Shown piece after piece: positions 9,032 through 20,025 of a stretch of DNA of 64,000 nucleotides. The DNA lies in assembly GCA_963700145.1 (NCBI GenBank), contig OY969474.1, forward strand, positions 2,720,001 through 2,784,000, in the 5' to 3' direction. Position 1 is the stretch's first letter; the number at the start of each line of letters is the position of its first letter. The notes beneath the pieces are model-generated. The model did not search any database. It was given only the letters and a program-made list of their open reading frames with translations, and had not been told where the DNA came from. The position numbers were made by a program, and so were the translations under genes. Source of the stretch: an uncultured Acidobacteriota bacterium (GTDB lineage: Bacteria > Acidobacteriota > Thermoanaerobaculia > Multivoradales > UBA5704).

Positions 9032-10378
9032 CTACGGCTGGTCGGTGAGCCGGAGCAGCCGCTTGAGCGCGAACCAGCGGTCACGCAGCTTCCAGAAGCG
9101 GCTGGCTTGCATCGCCGCCATGCGCGCGCGGAGGACGGCGAGGTCGTTGGCGTGGGAGAGGGACTGTTCGTCGATCTTCGCCTGGAGGTCGGTGCGGGTG
9201 CGGTCGAGCTCGGCGCCGGTGGCGAGGAAGTCGAGGCGCGCGGCGCGCAGGAGGGCTGTCTCGACGGTGCCTTCGGCGAGGACGGCGGTGCGGCCGGCGG
9301 CGTCGATGGCGCGGACGACGAGGGAGGTCGCGGCGAGCGGCGTGCCCGCCGGCAGGTCGAGCCGCAGGCTCCAGCCCACCGGCTCGATCGGCTCGCCGGG
9401 GAAGAGCGGCGCGACCTCCGGGCGGTGCACCGGCTCCCGGGAGACGGCGGCGACCTCGCCGTCGAGGAGGGCCTCGACGCGGGGTATCGGCGCGCCGTCC
9501 ATGCGGTCCACCGCCCACCCCTGGAGCGCCAGCCGGCGCGCCCCGAGCAGGCGGCAGCTCTCGACGAAGCCCTCCGGCCGGCCGCCGAGGTCGAGGGCGG
9601 CGGGGTCGGGAGCGGGGCCGTCCACCACGAGGTAGAGGTCCTGGTAGTTGCAGAGCGCGCGCGGGAAGCGGTGCACGGCGGCGCCCGGCGCGGCGGCGGC
9701 GAGGGCGCGGCGGACGTACGGCTCGCCGGCCCAGGTGCTGCCGTAGTCGGCGGCCGGCAGGGCGCGGTCCTCGCTGGTGGCTTCGAAGAGGAAGCCGTCG
9801 CCGCCGGCGGCGGCGTCCGGGTGCAGGCTGGGGTCGTGGACGCTGAAGGCGAGGAGGCCGCCGGGCGCGACGAGGGCCCAGAGGCGGGCGAGCCAGCGGC
9901 CGAAGGTGGCTTCGGGGAGGTGGGTGAAGAGGGAGGAGACGAGGACGGCGTCGAAGGGGCCGGCGGCGGGGAGGTCTTCGGGGGCGGCGGCGGAGACGAG
10001 GCCGCGGACGCCGAAGCGTTCGGTCTGGAAGGCGACGGCGCGGGGGTCGATGTCGGAGGCGCAGACGCGGGCGGGGGGGAGGTCGTGGGCGATGAAGCGG
10101 GTGACGCGGCCGTAGCCGGCGGCGAAGTCTAGGAGGTTGGTGACGCGGTGGAGATCGCCGAAGCGCCAGGTCAGGGTTTGGCGCAGGGTGTGCCAGAGGA
10201 GCCAGCCGGAGCGGAAGTAGCTGGAGAGGGCGGAGCCTCGGTGCCACTGGCGGAAGAAGAAGAGGCGGAACATTTCGTCTTCTTCGTCGACGGTGAGGTC
10301 GGCGCCGGATTCGACGATCTCGGGGCAGAGGGCTGCGACGTAGGGATCGAGCTGATCCGGCGTGTGGGCGAACGGCAT
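9032..10378 (-). CDS. Class I SAM-dependent methyltransferase, paralog of 903-2267
   Basis: LLDFAAGYGR; FDAVLVSSLFTHL; C-terminus RMAAMQASRFWKLR. Confidence 0.85.
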   Translation of the reverse strand: MPFAHTPDQLDPYVAALCPEIVESGADLTVDEEDEMFRLFFFRQWHRGSALSSYFRSGWLLWHTLRQTLTWRFGDLHRVTNLLDFAAGYGRVTRFIAHDLPPARVCASDIDPRAVAFQTERFGVRGLVSAAAPEDLPAAGPFDAVLVSSLFTHLPEATFGRWLARLWALVAPGGLLAFSVHDPSLHPDAAAGGDGFLFEATSEDRALPAADYGSTWAGEPYVRRALAAAAPGAAVHRFPRALCNYQDLYLVVDGPAPDPAALDLGGRPEGFVESCRLLGARRLALQGWAVDRMDGAPIPRVEALLDGEVAAVSREPVHRPEVAPLFPGEPIEPVGWSLRLDLPAGTPLAATSLVVRAIDAAGRTAVLAEGTVETALLRAARLDFLATGAELDRTRTDLQAKIDEQSLSHANDLAVLRARMAAMQASRFWKLRDRWFALKRLLRLTDQP

Positions 10379-10421
10379 GCGGGCTGGATGGTAACGGAGG
10401 GCGAGGCGACCGGTGGCGGAG

Positions 10422-10586
10422 GGGCCGCGGCGGGGCTCGCGGTGCCGGGAACCGCCGCGAGCCTGGAGGACTGCGGCGGGAGGGCTCGCGGCTGCGCTGC
10501 GCTTCGCGCGGGATCGCTCGAGGACTATCGCGGTCTTGCCGGCGCTCGCTCAGAGCTTCCCGGCACCGCGAGCCCCACCGCGGCCC
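10422..10586. repeat. Intergenic stem-loop repeat, copy 3
   Basis: 30-bp arms at 10422-10451 and 10557-10586 with 1 mismatch; shared core. Confidence 0.85.
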
Positions 10587-10624
10587 GGGACCGTTTGTGT
10601 TCCTCCGCGCAAACCCTTCCCACC

Positions 10625-10651
10625 TGTCATCCTGAGCGAAGCGAAGGATCT
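10625..10651 (+). repeat. REP-like palindrome, second copy
   Basis: Identical to 8987-9013. Confidence 0.75.
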
Positions 10652-10664
10652 GGGCGGGGGAAAG

Positions 10665-13292
10665 CTAAAACGCGCTCGTATCGCTGCGGCTTGCGAGTGT
10701 GCCTTGCGGGTTGTGGTAGGTGCGGACTGTGCCGGTGGCGGTGTCGGTTACTTTGAGCCAGTACTCGACGTTGGTGAGGGCGCCGTAGAAGATCCAGAAG
10801 CGGCCGTTGATGGCGCGGCCGTCGAGGACTTTGACGACGAGCTCGGTGTTGCCGGCGTCGAAGAACCAGAGGTAGCCGGTGCGGTCGGTGCCGCGGACGG
10901 CGCGGGCGTCGCCGGCGGCGGCGCCGTTGCGCCACTTGACCTGGACCTTGAAGCGGCCGTTCTGCAGGCAGAGGGTGGTGGCGCCGGCGGCGCAGGCGGT
11001 GGCGGGCTCGTTGATGACGGACGGGGCCTCGGAGGCGGTGGGGGCGCGGCGCGGCAGCTCGGAGACGGGGAGCACGGCGCCGGCCGGAGCGGCGCCAGCG
11101 GCGGCGAGCGCCGCGGTGTCGCCGAGGGCGCCCTGGCTGCCGGCGGGGTTGTGGTAGACGCGCACCCGGCCGGTCGTGGTGTCGCTGACCCTGACCCAGT
11201 ACTCGACGTCGGTGAGGGCGCCGAGGAAGAGCCAGAGGTGGCCGTTGACGGCGCGGCCGTCGAGGGCCTTGACGATCAGCTCGACGTTGGCGGTGTCGAA
11301 GAACCAGAAGGTGCCGGTCTGGTCGCCGCCGGTGGCGGTCGGCGGCAGGCCGGCGCGGGCGGCGCCGACCGCGCCGCCGGTGCGCCAGGTGACCTCGACG
11401 CGGACGCGCCCGCCGAGAAGACAGAGGGCGGTCGAGCCGGCGCCACAGCCGGCGGCGGGGACCGCGGCAGGAGTGGTCGCCGCCGCGGCGTTGCTCGCCG
11501 CCGAGAGGCCGCCGGCGGCGCGCGCCCGCACGCGGAAGGAGTAGCCGGTGCCCGGCGACAGCCCGCGCACCAGGGCGCCGGTGGCGTTCGCCGGCGCGGT
11601 GCCGACCTCCTGGAACGACCCGCCCGCCGCGCTGCGCTCGATCCGGTAGTCCAGCTCCGCCTGCGCGTTGTCGCGCCAGGCGAGCAGGACCTCCTGCCCC
11701 GAGTGGGCGACCGCAAGGAGCCCGGTCGGCGCCGGCGGCGCCGCCGGCCCGCTCTTGAGGCTCGCGGTGTTGCTGTAGGGCGAGAACCCGCCGGCGCCGG
11801 CGGCACGCACGCGGAAGGCGTAGGCGATGCCCGGCTGCAGGCCGGAGACCGTGGCCGAGGTGGTCCCCGCGGCCAGCTTCAGGAGCTCCTTGAAGGCGCC
11901 GCCGGCGACGCTGCGCTCGACCCGGAAGTCCAGCTCGTTGCCCGAGTTGTCGCGCCAGGCGAGACGCGCGGCGCCGCCCGCCTGCGCCTGCGCGGCGAGC
12001 TGGCTCGGCGCCGCGGGGAGGTTCGCCGGAGGCGGGGGCGGGGGCGGCGCCGGGGCCACGCCCGAGGGATAGATCGAGGCCACCGCCGTCCGGTCGTCCG
12101 CCTCGAGGCGGGCGCCGCGGCCGTCGTCGTGCACGCTGGCGTGCATCAGGGCCGCGCGGCTGCCCGAGTGGCCGATCCCCAGCGTGTGCCCGAGCTCGTG
12201 GGCGAAGACCTCCTCGGCGACGCGCGGGTCGTCGCGGAAGAAGCACTCGGTGCCGTCGTTGGTGACGATGTCGGCCTCGACCGCCTCGTGGTAGGCCTTG
12301 CCGTGGTGGGTGCGGGTGGAGGTGTAGAAGAACGGGCCGCCGACGGCGATGACGCCGCCGCTGCCGCACTGGAAGCCGCCCTCGCCCTCGGCGTGGTGCG
12401 GGTCGTCGAAGAGGATGGCGTTGGTGCCGTCGGAGCGGTCGAGGCCGGTGCTCGCCGAGGTGGTGCCGTGGTAGGCGTAACGGATGGTGCTGCCGAGGTC
12501 GCCGTTCCAGGCGTCAAGGGCGGTGCGGAAGGCGCCGATCGAGCGCTCGACCCCGAGGCCCGCCTGGCCGGCGGTGTGGACGCGCCAGCCGACCGTCTCG
12601 CCGCGGTCGAACTTGAACCAGCGGATCGGGTTGCCCTTGGTCGAGGTCATCAGCGAGAAGCCGGCGGTCGTCGCCCGCAGCGCGTCGGAGGCGCTCTCGT
12701 CGAGGAGGTAGTCGCGCTCGCGGCGGCGGCCGGCGGCGCGGTCGCCGAGCCAGTCGGCGAAGCGCTCGAGGTCGCGCGGCCGGTCGGCGCCGCGCTCGTG
12801 GAAGGTCGGCCGCCCGTCCGGACCGAGGACCACCTCGTGCGCGCCGGAGAGGTCGCGCACCGCCGCGCGCCGGCCGGCGAGCCGCCGCTCGTGGAACGCG
12901 CCGAGCATGAGGTGGAGGATGCGGTAGGCGCCGTCACCCCCCGGCACCAGGAAGAGGAGGGCGCGCTCGCCGCGGGCGAACTCGGGAGCGCCGAAGACGC
13001 GCAGGCCGACGCCGCCCGGGCCGATCCCGCCCGGCACCCGCACCACGATCCGGCTTCCCGGCAGGTGCCCCTTGACGACCCGATCCACCTCGACGAGGTA
13101 GTCGGTGGCCGGGGCGTCGCCGGCCGTCGCCAGCCCCGCCTCGACCACCCGCACCTCGGCCACGGCCCGCGCCTGGTCGGCCAGGGAGGCGTCCGAGACC
13201 ATCACGTAGGTGGTCGCTTCCACGGCCGCCGGGACCGCCAGCGAGGCCAGTAGAATGAAGGGGATCCGGAGCTGTCGCATCGAGCGCCTCAT
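10665..13292 (-). CDS. Secreted matrixin/M10-like zinc metalloprotease with two fibronectin type III domains and two C-terminal repeat domains
   Basis: Signal peptide; HELGHTLGIGH plus Met-turn (ALM); two Fn3 repeats (LAWRDN...Y.FRVRA); two CL..GR.....WFF...N.EL.VK.LDG repeats. Confidence 0.85.
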   Translation of the reverse strand: MRRSMRQLRIPFILLASLAVPAAVEATTYVMVSDASLADQARAVAEVRVVEAGLATAGDAPATDYLVEVDRVVKGHLPGSRIVVRVPGGIGPGGVGLRVFGAPEFARGERALLFLVPGGDGAYRILHLMLGAFHERRLAGRRAAVRDLSGAHEVVLGPDGRPTFHERGADRPRDLERFADWLGDRAAGRRRERDYLLDESASDALRATTAGFSLMTSTKGNPIRWFKFDRGETVGWRVHTAGQAGLGVERSIGAFRTALDAWNGDLGSTIRYAYHGTTSASTGLDRSDGTNAILFDDPHHAEGEGGFQCGSGGVIAVGGPFFYTSTRTHHGKAYHEAVEADIVTNDGTECFFRDDPRVAEEVFAHELGHTLGIGHSGSRAALMHASVHDDGRGARLEADDRTAVASIYPSGVAPAPPPPPPPANLPAAPSQLAAQAQAGGAARLAWRDNSGNELDFRVERSVAGGAFKELLKLAAGTTSATVSGLQPGIAYAFRVRAAGAGGFSPYSNTASLKSGPAAPPAPTGLLAVAHSGQEVLLAWRDNAQAELDYRIERSAAGGSFQEVGTAPANATGALVRGLSPGTGYSFRVRARAAGGLSAASNAAAATTPAAVPAAGCGAGSTALCLLGGRVRVEVTWRTGGAVGAARAGLPPTATGGDQTGTFWFFDTANVELIVKALDGRAVNGHLWLFLGALTDVEYWVRVSDTTTGRVRVYHNPAGSQGALGDTAALAAAGAAPAGAVLPVSELPRRAPTASEAPSVINEPATACAAGATTLCLQNGRFKVQVKWRNGAAAGDARAVRGTDRTGYLWFFDAGNTELVVKVLDGRAINGRFWIFYGALTNVEYWLKVTDTATGTVRTYHNPQGTLASRSDTSAF

Positions 13293-13342
13293 GGCCGCTC
13301 GATGAATGTATTGCGCTAGGGATTGGGGCTACGGAGGCGACT

Positions 13343-13705
13343 TTACTCTGAGCTGACATTTCCCCCGGACTTGGCACCGGCGGGCGTTTTCTCACTGGCT
13401 TTCGCCGTCTCGCTCCCAGTTGTCACGCCTTTTTCAGGCCCGGAGGCGGCTTTCTCGCCGCCCGTGTCGGCCTTGTCGGCTTTCTCGGCCTTCTCGTCCT
13501 TCCCTTCGCCACCCTTCGCTTTGCCGCGCCCGGCGTAGTCGGTCACGTACCAGCCGCTGCCCTTGAAATGCATGGCCGCCGCCGAGATGAGCTTCTTGAC
13601 CTCGCCGCCGCAGTGCGGGCAGGCGGCGAGAGGGGGGTCCTCGAAGCGCTGCAGGCGCTCGGTGCGGCGGCCGCACTCCAGGCACTGGAACTCGTAGATC
13701 GGCAT
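13343..13705 (-). CDS. FmdB-family zinc-ribbon protein
   Basis: MPIYEFQCLECG...CPHCGG...FKGSGWYVTDY. Confidence 0.9.
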   Translation of the reverse strand: MPIYEFQCLECGRRTERLQRFEDPPLAACPHCGGEVKKLISAAAMHFKGSGWYVTDYAGRGKAKGGEGKDEKAEKADKADTGGEKAASGPEKGVTTGSETAKASEKTPAGAKSGGNVSSE

Positions 13706-13717
13706 CCCCGGGCGTCC

Positions 13718-14584
13718 TCAGCTTTCGCTTTCGCCTTCGCCGCCGCCGCCGCCGCCGGCGCCGAAGTCCTCGCCCTCGGTGCGGAAACGGATCTTGATGG
13801 CGCGGGGCGGCTCCTCGTCGACCTCGACGCCGCGCGGCCCCGGCTCCGGCGTGCCGCCGGCGCGGCGGATGAGCTGCAAGACCGAGAAGGCGTAGAGGAG
13901 CTTGCCGTTGTCGGCGGCGCTGTAAGGCCCCTCGCTGCACACCTCGTAGAGGGTCCGCTGGCCGTCGACGAGCGAGAGGAGGTCCACCTCCTCGCGCTCG
14001 AGCGCCGCCTCGATCAGGTCCTCGGTCCGCCAGGAGGGCTCGAAGACGGTGTCGCGCCGCCCCAGCCGCGCCACCAGCGCCTTGGCGTCGGGCGCGCCCT
14101 TGATCCCCTGCATGATGACCTGGCGCATGGGCAGGAGGATGCGCACCTGGTGCTCGGGCTCGAACTCGCCGATGGTGAAGGTCACCCGTCCCTCGGTCCA
14201 GTAGAAGAGGCTCCAGACGATGGCCTCGACCTGCTTGCGGATGGCGTCGTAGACCTCGGACGGCGACAGCATGCCGCCCTCGACCAGAAGCTCGCCGTGG
14301 CGGCGCTTGAGCTGCTCGCGCTGGCGCATGGTGTCGAGGAAGTCGCGGGCGGCGATGCGGCCGCTGCGCAGCAGGAAGTTGCCCAGGCTGTCGTCGCGGT
14401 CGTTCGAGGTGGCGTGGACGACATTGCCTTCGCGGATGTGCACCGTCTTGACTACCCCGTCGCGGCTTGCCTCGATCACCCCCGGCACCTGGAAGCGGTC
14501 CACGGTGTGGAGGATCTCCGGCAGCGCCGTCTCCGCGAGGTCGCCGTGGAACTGGAAGCTGGACTCGGCACCGGGAAGAGGCAC
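13718..14584 (-). CDS. DUF4388 (PATAN-like) domain protein
   Basis: GDLAETALPEIL...G.VVHA.S...LG..L. GTG start at 14584 with GGAGG upstream. Confidence 0.8.
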   Translation of the reverse strand: MPLPGAESSFQFHGDLAETALPEILHTVDRFQVPGVIEASRDGVVKTVHIREGNVVHATSNDRDDSLGNFLLRSGRIAARDFLDTMRQREQLKRRHGELLVEGGMLSPSEVYDAIRKQVEAIVWSLFYWTEGRVTFTIGEFEPEHQVRILLPMRQVIMQGIKGAPDAKALVARLGRRDTVFEPSWRTEDLIEAALEREEVDLLSLVDGQRTLYEVCSEGPYSAADNGKLLYAFSVLQLIRRAGGTPEPGPRGVEVDEEPPRAIKIRFRTEGEDFGAGGGGGGEGESES

Positions 14585-14658
14585 GCGTACCTCCGGTCTA
14601 AAGGCCGGTGGGAAAAGGATTTGAGCCTCGGCTCGAGGCGCGAGTATACCATCCGCGC

Positions 14659-15860
14659 ATGATCTCGCCGGAGGAGGCGTGGGCCCGACTGGAGCCGCAC
14701 TTGACACCGCTGCCGGAGGAGAGCGTGGCGCGCCGCGCGGCCGTCGGCCGGGTGCTGGCGCGGCCGCTCGCGGCGCGCGTCGACGTCCCCGCGCTCGACG
14801 TTTCGGCGATGGACGGCTACGCCCTGGCCGGCGCGGCCGAGGCCGGCGAGCACCTGCCGGTCGTCGGCACGGTGGCGGCCGGCGACCCGCCCGGGCTCGC
14901 CCTTCTCGCCGGCACCGCGGCGCGGGTGATGACCGGGGCGCCGCTGCCGGCCGGGGCCGACCGGGTGGTGCCGGTGGAGCAGACCGACGGCGGGCGCGAC
15001 GTCGTCGCGCTCGGCGCCGCGCCGGCCGCAGGCGAGCACGTGCGGCGGCGCGGCGAGGTGCTGCGCGAGGGCGACGAGCTGCTGCCGGCGGGCGCGCTCC
15101 TCACCCCCGGCGCCCTGGCACTCCTCGCGACGCACGGCTACGGCGAGCTGCCGGTCCACCGCGCGCCGCGGGTGGCGGTGCTGGCGACCGGCGACGAGCT
15201 GGTGCCGCCGGAGGCCGAGCCCGCGCCCGGCCGGCTCCGCGACTCCAACACCGACTTCCTGCTCGCCGCCGGCGCGACGCTCGGGCTCGCCTTGGTACCG
15301 CTGGGGATCGTCGGCGACGACCCCGAGGCGCTCGCCGCCGCGATCGCGCGCGGCCTCGCCGAGTCCGACCTCCTCCTCCTCTGCGGCGGCGTCTCGGTCG
15401 GCGAGTTCGACCTGGTCGAGCCGGCGCTCGCGCGGCTCGGCTGCCGGCCGCTCTTCGACGCCGTCGCGGTGCAGCCGGGGAAGCCCCTGGTGGCCGCCGT
15501 CCACGACGGCGGGCTGGTCGTCGCCCTGCCCGGCAACCCGGCGGCGGTGATGGTCGATTTCTGGCTCTTCGTCCGCCCGGTGCTGCGGCGCCTGCTCGGC
15601 GCCGCCGACGGCTACTGCCACGGCGCCCTGCGCGGCCGGCTCGCCGCGCCGCTCCCCGGGGCGCGCGGGCGCACGCGCTACCTGCCAGCCGAGGTGACGT
15701 TCGCGGGAGGGGAGATCGAGGTGGTCCCGGTACCGGCGAAGGGGTCGCACGACCTCGCCGCCTACGCCCGCGGCACGGCGCTGGTGCGCGTCCCGGCCGG
15801 CGCGCCGCCCGCCGAGGCCGGCGCGCCTTGCGAGGTCCTGCCGCTCGCCGACTGGCGGGC

Positions 15861-15870
<10 letters not shown>
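14659..15870 (+). CDS. moeA: Molybdopterin molybdenumtransferase
   Basis: SAMDGYA, VMTGAPLP.GAD.VV..E, TGDEL, DSN, GGVSVG, QPGKP, LPGNP. Confidence 0.95.
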
Positions 15871-17069
<1,199 letters not shown>

Positions 17070-17070
17070 C

Positions 17071-18447
17071 TCAGCTCCCGCCCGGCCGGCGGGCGCCGGC
17101 GCCGCCGCCGCTGGGACGCGAGCCGCCGGCGCCGCGCGAGCCACCGCCGAGCGGGCCGCTCATCCGCTCGCGCAGGCGCTCGGAGCGCTCGGCCTGCCGC
17201 TGCTGGAGCTGCGCCACCGAGACCAGCACTACCTCCTCGCCGGGCTCGAGGCCGCGGACGACCTCGGTGTACTCCCAGTCGCTCAACCCGAGGACCACGC
17301 GGCGCGGCGCCGGGCCGCCGGCTCCCTCGACGAAGACGACCGCGGGGCGGGTGTCGCCGCCGCCGGCCTGCGGCCCCTCGGTTCCGGCACCGCCGTCTCC
17401 GCCGCGCCGCCACCCCGACCCGCCACCACCGCCCTCGCGCCGCTCGCGGGCGCCGTCGCCGCGCATCGCTTCCAGCGCGGCCTCGTCGATCCCCAGCACC
17501 TCGGCCGCGGCGCGCGCCTCGCGCGGGCTGACCACGGCGGCGTTCGGCACCGCCAGCACGTCGGCGCGGCGGGCGATCTCCACCGTCACCTCGGCGTTCA
17601 TGCCCGGCCGCAGGAGGCCTTCCGGATTGGGCAGCCGCACCAGCACCGGGAACATGGTCACGTTCTGCTCCACCACCGCCTGCGGCTCGATCTTGCTCAC
17701 CGTGCCGCGGAAGACGCGGCCCGCATAAGCCTCGACGGTGACCTCCGCCGGCAGCCCCGGGCGGATACGGCCGATGTCCACCTCGTCGATCTGGGCCCGC
17801 ACCTGCATGTCGGCGAGGTCGGCCATGCGGAAGAGGGTGGTGCCGCCGGAGACGTTCGAGGTGGCCGAGGCGATGATCTGCCCCGGCTCGACGGTGCGCT
17901 CGATGACCGTGCCGGCGATCGGCGCCCGGATCGTCACGTCCTGCCGCTTCTCCTGGGCCAGGCGGTGGATGGTGCGCGCCCGCACCAGCGCCGCCCGCGT
18001 CGCGGCGGTGATCTCGACGGTCTGCTCGTACTCCTGCGCCGGCAGGAGGCCTTCGTCGCGCAGGCGGCGCGAGCGGGTGCGCGCGGCCTCGGCGGTGGCC
18101 AGGGCCACCCGCGCCGACTCGAGGTCCGCCGCCGCCTGGTCGACCGCGCTCTGCACGTCGCGCGGGTCGATCTCGGCGAGGAGCGTCCCCTGCTCGACCC
18201 GGTCGCCGGTTTCGACCGTCACCTGCAGCACCTCGCCCGAGGCGTTCGACTTGACCTCCACGACGCGCACCGGCTCGACCAGGCCGGCCGCCTCCGCCAC
18301 CACGTCGATGGTGCGCCGCTCCACCGCCGCCACCGCCGCCGAGCCCTCCCGTCCGTCCTCTTCGCCGCGGCGGCCGAGCGCGAACGCCGCCAGCGCCAGG
18401 AGGACCAGCCCCGCGGCCCCCACCGACATGCTCTTGCCCCTGCTCAT
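17071..18447 (-). CDS. MacA-like efflux periplasmic adaptor subunit
   Basis: Lipoyl/hairpin pattern VEVKS..SGEV...GD.V..G..LA; IRAPIAGTV; LRPGM. Confidence 0.85.
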   Translation of the reverse strand: MSRGKSMSVGAAGLVLLALAAFALGRRGEEDGREGSAAVAAVERRTIDVVAEAAGLVEPVRVVEVKSNASGEVLQVTVETGDRVEQGTLLAEIDPRDVQSAVDQAAADLESARVALATAEAARTRSRRLRDEGLLPAQEYEQTVEITAATRAALVRARTIHRLAQEKRQDVTIRAPIAGTVIERTVEPGQIIASATSNVSGGTTLFRMADLADMQVRAQIDEVDIGRIRPGLPAEVTVEAYAGRVFRGTVSKIEPQAVVEQNVTMFPVLVRLPNPEGLLRPGMNAEVTVEIARRADVLAVPNAAVVSPREARAAAEVLGIDEAALEAMRGDGARERREGGGGGSGWRRGGDGGAGTEGPQAGGGDTRPAVVFVEGAGGPAPRRVVLGLSDWEYTEVVRGLEPGEEVVLVSVAQLQQRQAERSERLRERMSGPLGGGSRGAGGSRPSGGGAGARRPGGS

Positions 18448-18512
18448 CTCGTCACCTCGCGAAGGCGGCGCCTGCCGCCGCGACACCTATAACCCGGGAT
18501 TAGACTCGCCGC

Positions 18513-19658
18513 ATGCCCGCCCCGACCTCCCGCCGCCTCCTTGCCGCTCTCCCTCTCCTCGCCGCCGCCCTCGCCTGCCGCCTGCCGGGCGTGGAGGAGG
18601 GCGGCGCCGGCGAGGACGGGACGGGAGCGGAGGAGGAGCGCGCGGCCCTGGCGCCGGACGCGGCCGTGCCCTCCCCGGCCGTGCGCGAGCTGGCCGAGGA
18701 GGAGCGGGCGCGGATCGAGCTCTTCCGCGCCGCCTCCCCCTCGGTCGTCTTCATCACCACCACCGCCCGCCGCCGCGACTTCTTCCGCATGAACATCCTG
18801 GAGATCCCGCAGGGGTCGGGCTCCGGCTTCATCTGGGACCGCCGCGGCCACGTCATCACCAACTTCCACGTCCTCCAGGGCGCCACCGCCGCGCGGGTCA
18901 CCCTCTCCGACCACTCCGCCTGGGACGCCGAGCTGGTCGGCGCCACGGGGGAGAAGGACCTCGCCGTGCTGCGCATCGAGGCGCCGGTCGAGCGCATGCG
19001 GCCGCTCGCCGTCGGGCGCTCCGCCGGCCTGCAGGTGGGCCAGACGGTGCTCGCCATCGGCAACCCGTTCGGGCTCGACCAGACGCTGACGACCGGCGTC
19101 ATCAGCGCCCTCGGGCGCGAGATCCAGTCGCTCGGCGGCGTGCCGATCCGCGACGTGGTGCAGACCGACGCGGCGATCAACCCCGGCAACTCGGGCGGGC
19201 CGCTGCTCGACAGCCACGGCCGGCTGATCGGCGTCAACACCGCGATCTACAGCCCCTCCGGCGCCTACGCCGGGATCGGCTTCGCGATCCCGGTGGACAC
19301 GGTGGCCTGGGTGGTGCCGGAGCTGATCGAGCACGGCCGCGTCGTGCGGCCGACCCTCGGGGTGAACCTGCTGCCGGACGCCACGGTCCAGGAGCTGGGG
19401 CTCGAAGGGGCGCTGGTGGGAGACGTGGTGGCGGGGAGCGGCGCCGAGCGCGCCGGTCTGCAGCCGACGCGGCAGGACCGCTTCGGACGGATCGTGCTCG
19501 GGGACCTGATCGTGGCGGTGAACGGCGAGCCGGTGCGCACGATCGGCGACCTCTTCCTGGCGCTCGAGAAGCGCCGCCCGGGCGAGGCCGTCCGCGTCGC
19601 CTTCGACCGCGCCGGCGAGCGGCACGAGGTCACCGCGGTGCTGGGGACGGGTGGCTAG
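18513..19658 (+). CDS. HtrA/DegP-like serine protease with PDZ domain
   Basis: GSGSGF, TNFHV, DLAVL, QTDAAINPGNSGGPL, C-terminal PDZ. Confidence 0.92.
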   Translation: MPAPTSRRLLAALPLLAAALACRLPGVEEGGAGEDGTGAEEERAALAPDAAVPSPAVRELAEEERARIELFRAASPSVVFITTTARRRDFFRMNILEIPQGSGSGFIWDRRGHVITNFHVLQGATAARVTLSDHSAWDAELVGATGEKDLAVLRIEAPVERMRPLAVGRSAGLQVGQTVLAIGNPFGLDQTLTTGVISALGREIQSLGGVPIRDVVQTDAAINPGNSGGPLLDSHGRLIGVNTAIYSPSGAYAGIGFAIPVDTVAWVVPELIEHGRVVRPTLGVNLLPDATVQELGLEGALVGDVVAGSGAERAGLQPTRQDRFGRIVLGDLIVAVNGEPVRTIGDLFLALEKRRPGEAVRVAFDRAGERHEVTAVLGTGG

Positions 19659-19717
19659 GGGATCAGCCCGAGAACGCGAAGGGGGCTGCACCGCGCGCGG
19701 GCGGCTCTGTGCGCGGG

Positions 19718-19817
19718 TGGCGGAAGCGCATGGGAATCGAACCCACCCCCCACACCGCAACCGGCGCGGGACAACGGTTTTGAAGACCGCGGAAGGCACC
19801 AGCCCCCGAGCGCTTCC
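19718..19817 (-). tRNA. selC: tRNA-Sec (UCA)
   Basis: GGAAGCGC/GCGCTTCC 8-bp acceptor stem, anticodon loop CT-TCA-AA, long variable arm, TTCGATT T-loop, GCCA end. Confidence 0.93.
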
Positions 19818-19838
19818 GTTCCGGAAGAAAATAATTGT

Positions 19839-20000
19839 AGAGCATCAGGGGGGCTCGCCGCGGGCACCGGCGCGAGCTCTGTAGATGGTCAAGGGGTGGG
19901 CTCGCGCCTGCGCTGCGCTGCGCGCGGGGTCGGTCTCGTTTGCGGAGGTGCTTGCCGGCGCTTGCGCAGAGCTGCCCGCCGCGAGCCCCCCTGATGCTCT
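19839..20000. repeat. Intergenic stem-loop repeat, copy 4 (divergent arms)
   Basis: 28-bp arms at 19839-19866 and 19973-20000 with 1 mismatch; shared core. Confidence 0.75.
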
Positions 20001-20025
20001 GGTTACTTCATTTTTACTAGCTGCA

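Noticed and set aside
10413-13253. Long antisense or alternate-frame ORFs (also 16480-18492, 25989-28637, 57191-59668)
   Set aside because: Typical high-GC shadow ORFs overlapping genes with clear motifs.
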